In this document: piece by piece, positions 44,892 to 64,000 of the stretch
Layout of the letters: each line of letters starts with the position of its first letter
Numbering within the stretch: the stretch's first letter is position 1
Assembly: GCF_009914755.1 (NCBI RefSeq)
Contig: NC_060938.1
Length of the DNA stretch: 64,000 nt
Source: the human T2T-CHM13v2.0 reference genome, Homo sapiens
Direction: 5' to 3' (one strand)
Notes under the pieces: model-generated
Database searches by the model: none
Told to the model about the DNA's origin: nothing
Seen by the model: the letters and a program-made list of their open reading frames with translations, nothing else
Program-made: the position numbers and the translations under genes

Positions 44892-47513
44892 TTTTTTTCT
44901 TTTTAAAAGGGAACAATGTTGCTTTCAAAACAAGACATGCTAGGCTGAAACTGATTTATGGAAAAGACTGCTTGTTAGCAAGTATATTTGGTCTTGAGGG
45001 GGATACAGATTATAGAATATGCTGACATTTGGGCTTCAGAGGAAGAATTTTCAAATCTAATGGAAATAGTTGAGGTGTTCAGGAATGCTGTTTCTTGGAG
45101 TTGGAAGCTTAGGTTTTGAAATGTTGAAACCAAAAAGACAAAAATTAAAACATAGACCTTAGGTCGTCATTCACACCCGGTTCTCAAGAATCAAGTGGAG
45201 CACTTCAAAGACCTTGGCTTGTCTGTCCCATCCTGCCACTTTCTCATCTTTTCATGCTTTTGAAGACACCATTTACAGCTCTGACTCAGCCCTATTTTGT
45301 GTAAAGTAATATATTGATTATTCAGAAATAGACAATACATTTTTTAATTACCCAAGGACTGACTGTTTTGTGCATTTTACTGTTGGTTGTCTTCAGTAGA
45401 GAATAGTAATAGGGCAGAGAAAAGTATATATTTTGCCTCAGTCAGTCCCACCACCACAATGGACTATTGGGATATTTTCTAAAAAACCAATCAATTTGCC
45501 CATGATTACCTCACAAATAATTAGTGCTACCTGGGGTACTCTCAAATATACAGCTTTTGAAACTGTAGATGAAAAAAGCTCTACTCAGAGTTTTTGTCAA
45601 GACTGTGCCTGGGTTGAATATCAGTCAATTGCCTACACTTCTAAACAATAAGTGCCAATGTCTCAATTTTCTCACCCTGAATGATAGAAGCTAGCTTTAT
45701 CAAATGCCAAGGTTAGAAAGCCTGGAAATAAAACTTAAGCACAGACATTCAAGTTTTTGAAAAGCATAAGCCTAAATTCAGATAAATCACACTGATATAT
45801 TGTACTATGCATAGAAAGTTGTAGGTGGCGTTCAGGGAAGACTTTGATTTTAATAAAGCAATATTTAGTATTGAAGACAAACACTTTTTATTTTCAGATT
45901 TCTGCCAAGTAAAACAGAAATTGCCAATAAAATAATCAGTATTTTGTAAATGGCAGGCAAGCTTCTGGCTGTCGAAAACATCTGAGTCATTTATTCAGTA
46001 GACAATATGTCCTTGATCCAGGTTCTTTGCCAGCTATAAGGGAATCCCTGTCCTTGAGAGGCTCATAGTCTATAAGTAACATTACAGAATTTGTTAGCAT
46101 ACCCATTCATTATTAGTTTTACCTAAACGTGTTAGGATCACTACTGGTGGAAATTGTAACCAGCCTTTGGGCATCTTAAAGGGTGACATGTGGCATGCCT
46201 TTTTTTTTTTTTAAGAATTTAATGTTTTTCAAGATTGTAGTGTTGATCAGCGCAACAATTCAAGTGTGCAAAGTAACAGGATAGTTTGCCTCTTCACTTT
46301 ACCCCTGGATAAAGGCACTTTCACTGCCTGTCACTGATCAGCAGATACTGACTTGTTGCCATTAAGTGAACTTGACTTCTTATGTGTGCTCTATGAGTTT
46401 GTTGTAATTTTCTTCTTGAAATTGTGATTTTTCACTGACAGTAATGACAAATTTAATGTATGTAATTGTCTATGCATTTTAAGTTAAACTGCCTAAAATG
46501 TGATTTGAGACATATACATATGTTTGTATTATAAATTGTAAGCAATCAGTTTGAGATACTAGGTTTTATCACCTGCTGCTGTATTTGTAAACAAAGACAA
46601 ATGTTGCTTTAAGAAGTAATTATAATTAGGAATAGGCTATGGATGTGATACTTGGTATTTTTTAAGATAAACTTGTTTGCTTTTGTGTATTATACCTGGA
46701 AACTTTTTTTAAAAAATGTATTTTCATGGTTTCACAGATTTTTCATGTTATTTTATTCTTTAGGCCCAATTCTGGGCTTCTCTGAGCAAGTCCAGAGCCT
46801 AATTAACTGTAAATTTGTTGTCAAAAAGGAAGAAAAAAGGGCCTGAGATACCTCTTTGCATGTGACCTGCATTCACTAAGGATATCTGGAAACCACCCTT
46901 CCTCCGCAAACCCTCTCAGCAACATGGTGTCCATTGTGGTGATTTTCTCTTCTTTTAAGGCTAGGCTACTCTTGGTAACCAGATTATCCGTATATATGAT
47001 AATATGAAGTCAGGGAACTTTCTCTGTCTGTCCCTACTCCCCTCACTCCCCCACTTTCTGTTATGAAAGATAGTTCTACTTTTATCATTAACTGCTACGC
47101 ATTTAGTGAGGGTCACATTATTAAACTTGGAGTTTACCATTTTCCCACAGGAGATTTCGCTGGCATTCCTTGGAACTCCCAATTTCAGTAGGGCAATGAA
47201 TGAATGAATACTTTGCAGTGCTACTTTTGGAAGGAATTTCTGCTTTTTGCCTTATGATTGGACAAAATGCAGCTGTAAAATTTTAAATTGTTTTTGATAT
47301 GTTATTCAATATCCCATGAAAGTATTCACCTAAAGTGGAGTTATGAAATGGATGGTGAAATAATAAGACCATTCTGGAGCAGGGCCAGTTTCTTTTTTTC
47401 CTGTTGTGAGATGACATTGCTCTGACAAACATGCTATCGTGGGTTACCTGACCCAGGCAAGTCCTTTTTTATCACCGTATTAATACTCTTAGCACCAATC
47501 CTTTTGCAACTGA

Positions 47514-47923
<410 letters not shown>

Positions 47924-48392
47924 CTCGTGGCACTTAAACTTTTTTCTCTCATTTGGGAAAATTGATTTTCCCAGTGCTGAGGAGAGGACCAAGTAGAGCT
48001 TATAACGCTTAGTCTCTCCCTGCTTTCCCTAGAGCAGTTCCACTCTGCACTTCGTGTATTTTCCTTACTGATAAGTTGCTTCAGGAAGGGGACAGATTTG
48101 CTGCTTTTAAATTTTAAAAAACTACCATTATAAATGACCATGTCTGCTACTTGAGGTTTATTTAGATCATAGTCAGAGGTTCCCAAGTGTAATAGAATTG
48201 GGTCATATGGGATTCTAAGCCATACTTAGTTTTACGTAAGAAAAGAGGAAATAGAACATTTTAAGTTTTGCTCTGATTATGTTTTATGTCAGAGCTTGTC
48301 GTTTTATTTAATGGTCATATAGTCTAGCTTTCCTTAAAGATACGTAGATTTAAAAGCCACTTTAGAGATAAGGAAACCAAGTTTAAAAGAGA

Positions 48393-48651
48393 TACGCAGT
48401 GACTCATGCCTGTGTAATCCCAACACTTTGAAAGGCCAGGGCAGGAGGATCATTTGAAGCCAGGAGTTTGAGACCAGCCTGGACAACATAGCAAGACCCC
48501 ATCTCCACAAGCCAAAATTGAAGAATTAGCCAGGTGTGGTGGCATGTGCCTCTAGTCCCAGCTACTCAGGAGGCCAAGGTGGCAGGATCACTTGAGCCCC
48601 GGAGTTAGAGGCTACACTGCACTCCAGCCTGGACGACAGAGCAAGATCCTG
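48393..48651 (+). mobile_element. Alu (AluJ-like, truncated)
   Basis: Diverged dimer lacking a tail. Confidence 0.85.
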
Positions 48652-49927
48652 TTTAGAGGTTAAATTCCCAGAGTCATACCACATAAATAATGAACCAGTG
48701 CTTCTGTTATCAAGGCTTAGAGTTTATCCACTAGGTTCTATTTTTTTTGTTCAGGCATCTAGTACTGCAGTTCTTCCAAAACTATCTGGACAATCAAATC
48801 TATCTAAATTGAATGTTATGTAGCAGACCTCTCACACTTCATTTAGTGAGTTTCATCGGATATTCAGTTAAAAAAAAAAAAAAAAGCTAATGGTTATGTT
48901 TGAAATGCATGGTTTTGTGAATAATCACAGTTCTTCAAGTGCTAACCTAGAACTTGAGTTGTGTTTTCATAAAGGCAAATGTTCAAAGGTATAGCAGTTA
49001 AGAGTGGGTTTAAAATGTGAATGAGAGAATTAAGGTAGTGGATGATCAAACCACTAGTTCCAGGTCCAGCCTTTGCAGTTACCAGTCATTGGAGACATGG
49101 ATATCCAGCTACCCTGCAGTGGCACACACTAGGCCAAGGCTGTCAGAGCAGCTGAGACAGAAGAGGTCTCTGTTAGCAGTGGATGGGCAGCCAAGATGTA
49201 CAGGAACTGCACAGAGTGTGGAAGAGTCAGAGTGAGGTTCTGCCAAGCACGGCATGACAGTTCTTTTTTTAAACGTGCCAATGCAGGACATGCTAAGTTA
49301 AAATATCTTAACTGTTGCTTAGTTACTGCAACACACAAAAACCCCAAGTACTAAGCTTAATGAATCACCTGCGTCCTTTCTTGAATGCTCAAATCTACAA
49401 AAAGACTAAACTGCATGACTAACGATTAGGACTCTTACTTGGGCTTTTTATAGAAGTGGAATGAAGAGGACTTGTGCGAACTAGGAAAAGCAGCTTCCCA
49501 GCATAAGATTTCTCGTCTGAAAGGGGTAATAAGTCTCCACCTTCGATGCCTCTGTGATCAAATTCTAAAGGGCAGCCCTTCATGGTTCAGCGAGCAACAC
49601 AATTGCTGGGGATTCACAGGGCAGAGTTGGTATTTTTATTTTTTACTTTTCTTTTTAAATCAGTGTTGGGTCACGAATTTGTTTTTTAGGGTTTTTATTT
49701 TAAGCTTTGAGCTCAGCTCTGGTGTGTGATTTACGGCAACTGATTAGCTTCCTGTGCTCACTTCCCTTACCTATAAACATAATAATGCTCAAAGTACCAT
49801 GAGGGAAAAAACATTCTTCATTCCCTCTAGCTAGAGATCCACTAGGTATGTTAGCATACCCCAAACAATGCACATCTAATATAGTAGCTCTATATGAATA
49901 TTCCTTTTTTAAAAATCAGATTATCAC

Positions 49928-50714
<787 letters not shown>

Positions 50715-50758
50715 TAAAAAACATGTTTTACTGTAGAAGTTACCCCTTCATTCACATA

Positions 50759-51066
50759 CAGTCGGCCGCTTGTATCTGTGGGTTCTGCATCTGGGGATTC
50801 AACCAACCTCAGGTGGAAAATATTTCGAAGGAAAACAACAATAAATAATACAAAATGTAAAATACAATATAGCAACTATGTGCTAGCATTTACATTGTAT
50901 TAGGTATTCTAAGTAATCTAGATATGATTTAAAGTATAAGGGAGGATGTGCGTAGTTTACAGGCAAATACGACACCATTTAATATCAGCAACCCAAGCAT
51001 CTGTGGATTTTGGTATCCCAGGAGGGTCCTGGAACCAATCCCCTGTGGATACTGAGAGATGACTAT
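50759..51066 (-). mobile_element. MER2 MITE
   Basis: TA-CAGTCGGCC start, ...ggaaccaatcccctgtggatactgagagatgacta-TA end; reverse orientation relative to the 17457 copy. Confidence 0.75.
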
Positions 51067-51411
51067 ATTATTTAGGGTGCTACTCAGACTGCATCTTATA
51101 AAGGTGAAGAACCATATCCAAGTCACTGAATTGTAGCTACATTATCTTCAGTAAGTCCCAACGGCAAGAAGCAAGCACGTCCCAGTCTTGGAACAGGGAG
51201 TCATGTCTTCTAAGATAGAGGAGCTAGATAGAGAAAGAGGGTTGGAACAGGGCTTTCTACTTTTCTGGGCACCTCTCCAAAGGTTTCTGCCACATAGCCA
51301 CAATTATGTCTTTTTCCCTCCCAAGTCAGAAAGCAATTTCCCTTAAAGCCCTAAGTTTTTCCCCCAACTTAATCCCCTTACAAACTGAGTAGTACCAAAA
51401 ATTATGTCCAT

Positions 51412-51541
51412 TTTATTGTATTTTAGAGATGGGGTCTTGCTATGTTTCCCAGGCTTGTCTTGAACTCCTGGGTTCAAGCAATCCTCCTGCCTCGGCCTCC
51501 CAAAGTTCTGGGATTACAGGCAGGAGCCACCGCGCCTGGCT
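51412..51541 (-). mobile_element. Alu monomer (FLAM-like)
   Basis: Single reverse monomer; TSD ttatgtcca. Confidence 0.8.
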
Positions 51542-52423
51542 TATGTCCAATTTTGGAGGGTCTCTGGCTGCTGCATATAAATATTACCAAATATGTAATA
51601 GAATTACATTTCATTTCCTCCAACCCTGGGGTGACATACACGTTTTGTTTCTAATTCACAGTAAAGAGGGACTAGGGGACAGTGAAATTATTATTTCATA
51701 CGATACTTGAATGGCAGGGAAATAGCAAAAACTTGTTAAATCATTTCAGAAATATCTAGTGGCCGGGTAAGAGTTGTCAACTTTTTGGTGCTTGAGGTGC
51801 ATTTTTGAATACTAGAACTTGTGGCTCTCCTGTAAGGATTAAATGCTTCAGGTGTTACCACACTAGTATTCATCAGGGTGTTTGAGGAGAGCATCTGCTG
51901 CCATGGCCGAGTTCTCTCACATAGTTACACAGCAAAGTTCTTACGTGTTGCAGGAAACAATCTATCTGTGGCCCTGGCTTCATGTTACAGTCACCTCTTC
52001 ACTCCTGCTGTTTGCATCTGCTCTTCCCCATCTGCAGCACCGGTCATCTTAACATTCTGGCAGTCACTGCCACAGAAGTACATGTCCCCAATTTGTGGCA
52101 AAATTTTGCACATCCACAATTTAAAGACACGTGTTCTCAGCACACTATTATGCTGCAGCACTGTGGTTGTAAAGTTAGAATAGAAAGCAGCTCACTGACA
52201 GTATCAGTTCACGTTGAAAATGAAACTTCAAAATACAAGTTTGAATATTCTTTTGCTGCTAGCACCTTTTATAACACAAAGTACTTAGGAATCACATCTG
52301 ATATACAGTAGTCATCAGAAAAATTATCGCTTTCAAACAGCTAATACTTTATAATGAAAAGCATGTTAGAATTGCCGGGGGAGGAGTGGGAGAAGGACGC
52401 AGTGGGGAGAGGATAGATTCTGG

Positions 52424-52491
52424 ATATATATACACACACACACATATATACACACACACACATATATATATACACACACACAAACACACAC
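52424..52491. repeat. Compound (TA)n(CA)n microsatellite adjoining an Alu poly-T tail
   Basis: atatatatacacacacacacatatatacacacacacacatatatatatacacacacac... Confidence 0.9.
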
Positions 52492-52791
52492 TTTTTTTTT
52501 TTTTTTTTTTTTTTTTGAGATAGAGTCTTGCCCTGTCGCCCAGGCTGGAGTGCTGTGGCACAATCACGGCTTACTGCAGGCTTGACCTCCCCTCAAGCAA
52601 TCCTCCCACCTCAGCCTCTCTGGTACCTGGGACTACAGGCATGCACCACTAGGCCCAGCTGATTTTTTTTGTAGAGATGGGTTTTCAGCATGTGGCCCAG
52701 GCTGGTCTCAAACTCCTGGGCTCAAGCAATCCACCCACCTCGGCCTCCCAAAGTGCTGGGATATTGCAGGCATGAGCCACCGCGCTTAGCC
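52492..52791 (-). mobile_element. Alu (AluJ-like)
   Basis: Reverse dimer; flanks agattctgg. Confidence 0.88.
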
Positions 52792-53415
52792 TGAGATTCT
52801 GGTAATATTCTATTGAGTTGAGTGGGATGGTGGCTATACATGAGTATTCATTTGACTTATTTAACTCCAAATATATGTCATTCTCTTGCATATATAATTT
52901 ACATGTTTTTAAAAGCATATGGGACCTGAGAACCTAATATTGAAAGAAAACTCCAGTTTCACTCAGACTGTCTTTGAGAGAGGCAGACAAGCCTAACTTC
53001 AGTGGTGACTGATGTCTGAGGCATGTAACAGTAGCACGAGGCTGTGCCTAGCATCCATGGTTTCCTTTTATGCTGATAACTGAAAATCTCAATTACTTTA
53101 GGAAACAGGGCTGTCATTTAGAACACAAGAGCATAAAAGGGTCTTCCCAGTAGTCCACTCAGTCTAGTGTCCTGTCTGACAATGGCATCCAGAAATGTTT
53201 TTGTGAAAGAGCATAACTGGGTCATAAACCCAGCATGCCAGACCCAGCTCTGCACCAATGGGGAGGCAATTGTCAAGCATTCAATTGTGTAAAGCATTAT
53301 GTTGAGCCAGTACAACAAGAATCGCAGAATAAAGATAGCCCCACAAATACGGAAGACAATAGGGATGGTATTTTTCACTGTGCTATTAGGGAGAAAAATG
53401 AGAAAAACATAATTA

Positions 53416-54261
<846 letters not shown>

Positions 54262-55390
54262 TTACGAGAATTAAATGAAGTCATCCATGTGAAGCAGTTG
54301 GCACCTGACATCAGATGTGAGCTTATCATGGGAGCTGAAAGGCATTTTTCTAGGTATTGGGCCTACAAGAGTGTTACAGTTTAGCAGAAGAAACAGAAAA
54401 ATAGGCAGGTGTGATGTTACTGATGCAGGAGGCACGGATTGCTCTGAGTACACCCGAGGAGCACCTAATAGTGAAACAGCTACCATTTGTTGAACACTAG
54501 TGATGTCTCAGACAGTCACCCACATGCTTTGTTTTCTGTTTTCTCCCTTAGCAATGCCCTATAAGCCCCGCCCCTTACCCAAGGCCTTTACTCACACTCA
54601 CTGTGTCCTCACAACAACATAAGCAAGGGGTAAAAATTCACAGCCTGTGGAGTGCAGAGCCATGCTCTTTCCCCTTTATCACGCAGGGCACCATTAATAT
54701 TTTAAGGCACTTCAGAAAAAGACCTGTCTCGGAGAAAGAGAGTCCAAAAGAACATCTGTCTCCTCACCTCACGCTACTTTGCACCTGGCCATATTTCCAA
54801 ATCAATTCCACACCCTGTTTGAAAGCAGCTCACCTTGGGGATGGATTAGAAAAATCGCAAGCCCCAGGCCTGGGTATGTGAGTGAGTTTCGGCAACAGAT
54901 GAAGGGCAGGCAGGCGCCCCGTCTGGGGAGGAAGTCCAGTGTCACAATTGTACCTCTGAGTAGCTGTGTTCCCAACATTCCAGAGAACAGCTCCACCCTG
55001 GAACAGCTTTCATGAGTTATCCGCACTGACGTCAGCCACATACCTGTGAACACGACTTGCTTCTTGGCTGCCCACAGCTGCACTATTCCTTCTTGCTGGG
55101 TTTTGGGAGTACACATGAGCTATTCATTACAGAGTTTCAGGCCCACTAGCAACTCTGAATACCTCATATTCTAAAAGAGCACGGCTTTTCCCAGCTCATT
55201 TGGGATTACATGAGAGATTAGCCTGTGTCCACGAAGGCCAACAACTACTCTGACTGGGGAATCGGCAAGAGAAGGCTTCCTGGAATGAGTCTCGAGGGAT
55301 TTGAGCTTTGGACAAAGGAGTTGATAAGATTTTGTCCTAGGACAAAGAAAGATAGAACAGGCCTAAGATAAATGAGCAAAGATATTTTAG

Positions 55391-56220
<830 letters not shown>

Positions 56221-56737
56221 ACTAACTGGTATTTTTTTACTACTTACTCTGTGCCACATCCTGGAAATTCAATACTGAACAAGTTAAATGGTTTCTGCCC
56301 TTGTGTAGTTTACAAGCTAGTGGAAGAGACAATCACTAAATAATATAAATTACATTTGTAATGAGCGATGGGGAAATAATGTGTAACAGTATTCTGGAGT
56401 CAAGGAAAGCTCACCAGAGGAAATGACATTTGAGCTGAAATTTGACAGCTGAGCAGGATTCAGGCTGGAGATATGCTTAGGGAAGGGTGCAAGAAGAGAC
56501 TGCAAAAAGGGCAAGGGGGAGAGACAATCCTGTATGCAGGATGGTATGGGTCAGGAGCAGCAATACCTGCCTATATGTTGATAGTGTTGGGGCCAGAGGA
56601 TGTGAAACGGAGCATGATAGGGTAGAAGACCTATGATTGGCTCTGTTTCTGTCCCTATATTCTGTCTACTAGATTAAGTTAGCTGTTCTCCCATCTACAA
56701 TACAGAGAGCTCCAATAAACTCAGTTTTAAGTTTTAG

Positions 56738-57716
<979 letters not shown>

Positions 57717-58092
57717 TTATAAAAGGTACCCGGAGGAATTTCAGTTCAGCTGTTCAGTCTATGGCTGCTGTAGTAAACAGCTATACTTCCAAGGCCTTGC
57801 ACAGAGCAATCCCCAAGGCAACATTTCCCAAGGTGTATTTTATACAACACCAATTTCTAGAGCTGCACCTTGAGTAAAGGGTTCCATGGATCAGTAAGTT
57901 TGAGGACACTGAATGTGAAATCCATTCATGAAGAAGTACCACCACATTAGTACATTAAGGGGCTAGCAAGTCCTATAGTAAAAAAAAACAAAAACAACAA
58001 AAAACCAGTATTTCCCAAGTACTTAATCACAGGAAATTTTTGTTTGAATAACTGCTTATTTCTATGGCAGGACTACCAGAGATTATTGCTCA

Positions 58093-58446
<354 letters not shown>

Positions 58447-59337
58447 TGAATTACAGAGGGGAAGGGTTTAATATGCATTTGATATATAGTTTCAAAATAT
58501 TCAATTATTTTATAGAAGAAATGGGATGAACTCATAAGATATCAAGTATAAATCAGTAATTGGCATCTAGAAAATGTGTGGGTTAAACATAGATGAAAAA
58601 AGCTGGGAGAACCAAGAGTACACGTGGTAATAAACATACATAAGGGGGACCTGGGCACTAAATAGTGATACATTAAATACCAATATTCACAAGTCTTTAA
58701 TATGGTCACCCATTGGTGATATCTAGCCTGGCTTCATGTGTTCTCTGCCCAAGTAATGAAAATCCATGGCTGTTCAACAGACTAATGACAAGCTACAATT
58801 TTGGCCAATTGCTTCTCTCCAATAGAGCAAATATGTACCATTGACCCAGAACCTCCTCCTTCCCTTGCTTGAACCTCACCACTGGCCTGGAAGTTCCTCA
58901 TAAGGTTAAACATAAAGTTACTGTATGACCAGCAATTCTACTCCTAGGGATATACACCCAAGAAAAATGAAAATATATGTCCACACAAACACCTGTGCAC
59001 AAATGTTGATAGCAGCATTGTCCATAACAGCCAAAAAGTAGAAACAACCTAAATGTCCATCAACTGATGGATAAACAAAATGTGGTATTCCCATCAATGG
59101 AATATTATTCAGCCATAAATGGACATGAAATTCTGATACATGCTATAACTTGATGCACCTTGAAAACATTATGCTAAGTGAAAGAAACCAGTCACAAAAG
59201 GCTGCATATACTGTGATTCTATGTATATAAAATATTCAGAATAGTCAAATCTATAGAGGTGGGTTGGTGGCTGCCAGGGCTTGGGGAGAGAGATACAAAG
59301 AGATACCACTACACACTTACTAGAATGCATACAATTA

Positions 59338-59680
<343 letters not shown>

Positions 59681-59864
59681 TTTAATTAAAAACGTTGACT
59701 GTACCAACTGTTGGTGAGGATGTAGACAATGGAATTCTCCTACACTACTGGTGGGAATGTAAAATGGCATGACCAATTGGAAAACAATTTGTCAGTTTCT
59801 TAAAAAGTTAAACATATACCTACCTAATGACCCACTCATTCTACTCCCAGGAGAAATATAAGTA

Positions 59865-60231
59865 GAGGTGGTCTTCGACTTACAATATGGTTACATCCCA
59901 ATAAACCCATCATAAATTGAAAATATCGTAAGTTGAAAATGCATTTAATACACCTAACCTACCAAACACCATAGCTTAGTCTTGCCTACCTTAAATGTGC
60001 TTAGAACACTTACATTAGCCTACAATTGGGCAAAATCATCTAATACAAAGCCTATTTCATAATAAAATGTTGAATATCTCATGTAAATTATTGAATACTG
60101 TACTGAAAGTAAAAACCAGAATGAATGTATGGGTACTTGAAGGACAGTTTCTACTGAATGCATATTGCTTTCACAACATTGTAAAGTTGAAAAATCGTAA
60201 GTCGAATCAATGTTAAGTCAGAGATCATTTG
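59865..60231 (+). mobile_element. MER47A-like Tigger MITE (~367 bp)
   Basis: cgacttac...cccaataaacccatc...cgtaagttgaaaatgcatttaatacacctaacctacc...cgtaagtcg with inverted termini. Confidence 0.75.
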
Positions 60232-60571
60232 TGTATATCCATACAAAGACTTATATATAAATGTTTATAGAAGTTTTATATCTAATATCTCCAAACTGGA
60301 AACAGTGCAAAATGTCCATTAATAGGTAAATGGGCAAACAAATTTTGATATAGCCAAAAATGGAATACTACTTAGTAACTGATACTCTAAACAACATGAA
60401 TGAATCTCACAACATAGCTGAATAAAGAAAGCCAAAAGAAGGGTATATACTATATTATTTCAATTATATAAGTAAGATTCTAGGAAATGCAAGCTAATCT
60501 GTAGAGACAGGTAGTAGATAGTGTTACCTGAGGACAAAGAAGGGGATTATAAACAGGTATAAGAAAACTTT

Positions 60572-61237
<666 letters not shown>

Positions 61238-62325
61238 TCAAAACATGATATTCTATACTTTAAACGTGTTCAGTTTATACTGCATGTCAATTACTTCAAT
61301 AAAATGGTCTTAAAAATCAGAGAATAGAATTTTCCAAAATAAACGGAGCATCTATTTAAAAAATAACAGCTAATATTTTTGAACATTTACTATATGCCAA
61401 GCCCTATGCTAGTTGAGAGTTATTACATGAAAGACATTCCTTTTCTCTTCCCAGTAACCTTAGGAGGAAGGTACTACTATTTTTATTAACTTCCCCAAGT
61501 AACTCACTCAAATCACATAAGCCAAATCATACAAGTAGATGCAAAAACAGAATTCAAATCCTGGACCATTTGACTTTACTACCTGAAGTCATAACCACTG
61601 TTAAGACCTGGTTCTGGGAGACCTAAAAGGAATTTGCACCTCCCTGCAACTTACAAGAGAGTAAATGAAGGTGAAAGAAAAGGAAAATTTAGTGAAGATG
61701 AACCTATCCTCTTGTTAGGTTCCAAGCTGGAACATTGACCCAATAGCATTGGCAATGCTCTTGACATGGGATCCTGTCAGGCCACTGGGGCAGTGGGAGG
61801 AAGGGAAGTCACTATCCAGACTGAAGGAGGACAAACTATGTGTGCTTGGTCCAGGTGAGCTCATCATTCAGGGCTCCAGCTTTTTCCATGGTAAAGACAT
61901 TCAGAAGCAACTGAGCAAACATTTCAGCAATTCCAAGACAGGTTTTTAATTGAAAACCCTAAGGTTTAGAACCTGGGGAGAGTCCTTTCACTGTTCAGAA
62001 TTCCCATTTCCTCATCTCTAAGATGGGGAAGTGGAACTAGATGTTGCTGTGGTTCCTCCTAGGTTTCATATGCTCTTTCATGCCTGTTTTTATGGTTTTT
62101 CCCAAAGCATATAAAGGCTCTGATGGGCATCTATGAAATGTCTAGTAGGGTGACTATACTCTTAGCAGCTCTGCTGACTACAAGAAAATGTACTGAGCTT
62201 ACAAAGCAGCATCATTAAATAACTAAAAAGAAAATCATTATGTTTGGATGCCTTTATGTTAATAGTTACTTTTCTGATTATAAAAGTAATATATGTTAAT
62301 TATAGACATTTTAGAAAATACAGAC

Positions 62326-62850
62326 TGAGGAAAGAGTTAACACAGTAGGTCAGGTTGCATAACCTTGCAGGTCTCCAAGGGAACCATGATTAGCCCTTGG
62401 CCAATCACTGGGAATATAGTCCTTAGAGAGTTCTTTGTGTTATTGATTGGTGATTTTGTTATATACAACTGGAGCAACGAACCATGCCATACTGGTTTGT
62501 CAGGTTGCTTTCCATAAACACCAAGATTGAGGTTTCATTGTTAGGGTCCTGAGTTTTGCTTGCCATGGCTAATTGCATAGCAGGATATACTTACATTACC
62601 AGCTCCTCATAAAAGCCTTGGACTCTGAGATTCAGACAGGCTTTCATGGGCAAAGACATTCCACACATGTCCCTGTAGTTAACTGCTCGAGACAGCGAGT
62701 ACTCCTGTGTGGCCTCAGACAACGAAAGACATTGGAAACCTGTGTTGAACCTCTCTGGACCCTGCTGATGCATGTCTTTTTCCTGCTGCTTTTGCTATGT
62801 ATACTTTGCTATAATAAATCTTAGTAGTAAGTATATAACCTGCCATTGGT
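62326..62850 (+). mobile_element. Old ERV LTR (MER21/MER77-like)
   Basis: TGAGGAAAGAGTTAAC start; later ctctctggaccctgc...tttgctataataaatcttag is typical of this LTR group; subfamily uncertain. Confidence 0.45.
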
Positions 62851-62859
62851 TCTTTTTTA

Positions 62860-63562
<703 letters not shown>

Positions 63563-63737
63563 CTAGAGATAACCATTTGGCTAGATGTAAAAATAGGTTT
63601 TGACCAGCCAAATTTTCTGAAAGTCCTTCTAAATTGTTAGGAAGCAAACAAACCTGCCAATTTTATTGATTATAAAAAGTTGCATTGTGGAGTACGGATT
63701 AAGTTTTATGGAAATCCCATATTAAGACTTAAAAAAA

Positions 63738-64000
<263 letters not shown>

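Overview
This is human/hominoid genomic DNA, rich in Alu elements and with two CpG islands. From the encoded proteins it is recognisable as the WDHD1 - SOCS4 - MAPK1IP1L locus (14q22; LGALS3 is the next gene beyond the right edge, from recalled knowledge). It contains the first two exons of WDHD1 (minus strand) and the bidirectional CpG-island promoter shared with SOCS4. It also holds the whole SOCS4 gene (two non-coding exons, single-exon 440-aa CDS, ~5 kb 3'UTR) and the whole MAPK1IP1L/MISSL gene (non-coding exon 1, 22-nt ATG micro-exon, 708-nt Pro/Gly/Tyr exon, terminal exon; 245 aa), followed by ~16 kb of repeat-rich intergenic DNA. Mobile elements include an intact HERV-K(HML-2) LTR5_Hs solo LTR with 6-bp TSD, a THE1 LTR with 5-bp TSD, the end of an LTR12 inserted into an AluY, Tigger-family DNA transposons, L1/L2/MIR remnants and ~50 Alus. 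Most interesting signal: the reconstructed MAPK1IP1L N-terminus (MSDEFS|LADAL...PQGWPG...G-x-Y-P repeats) and its exon layout mirror the N-terminal tail of galectin-3 (MADNFS|LHDAL...PQGWPG...PGAYP), encoded by the neighbouring gene. This suggests the chimeric galectin-3 arose from a tandem duplication of MAPK1IP1L 5' exons. The galectin-3/GALIG sequences used are recalled, not present in the window. Also notable: a splicing-switchable uORF system in the SOCS4 5'UTR, and the LTR5_Hs about 1.5 kb from the WDHD1/SOCS4 promoter. Repeat subfamily calls, repeat boundaries and TSS positions are by eye and approximate.
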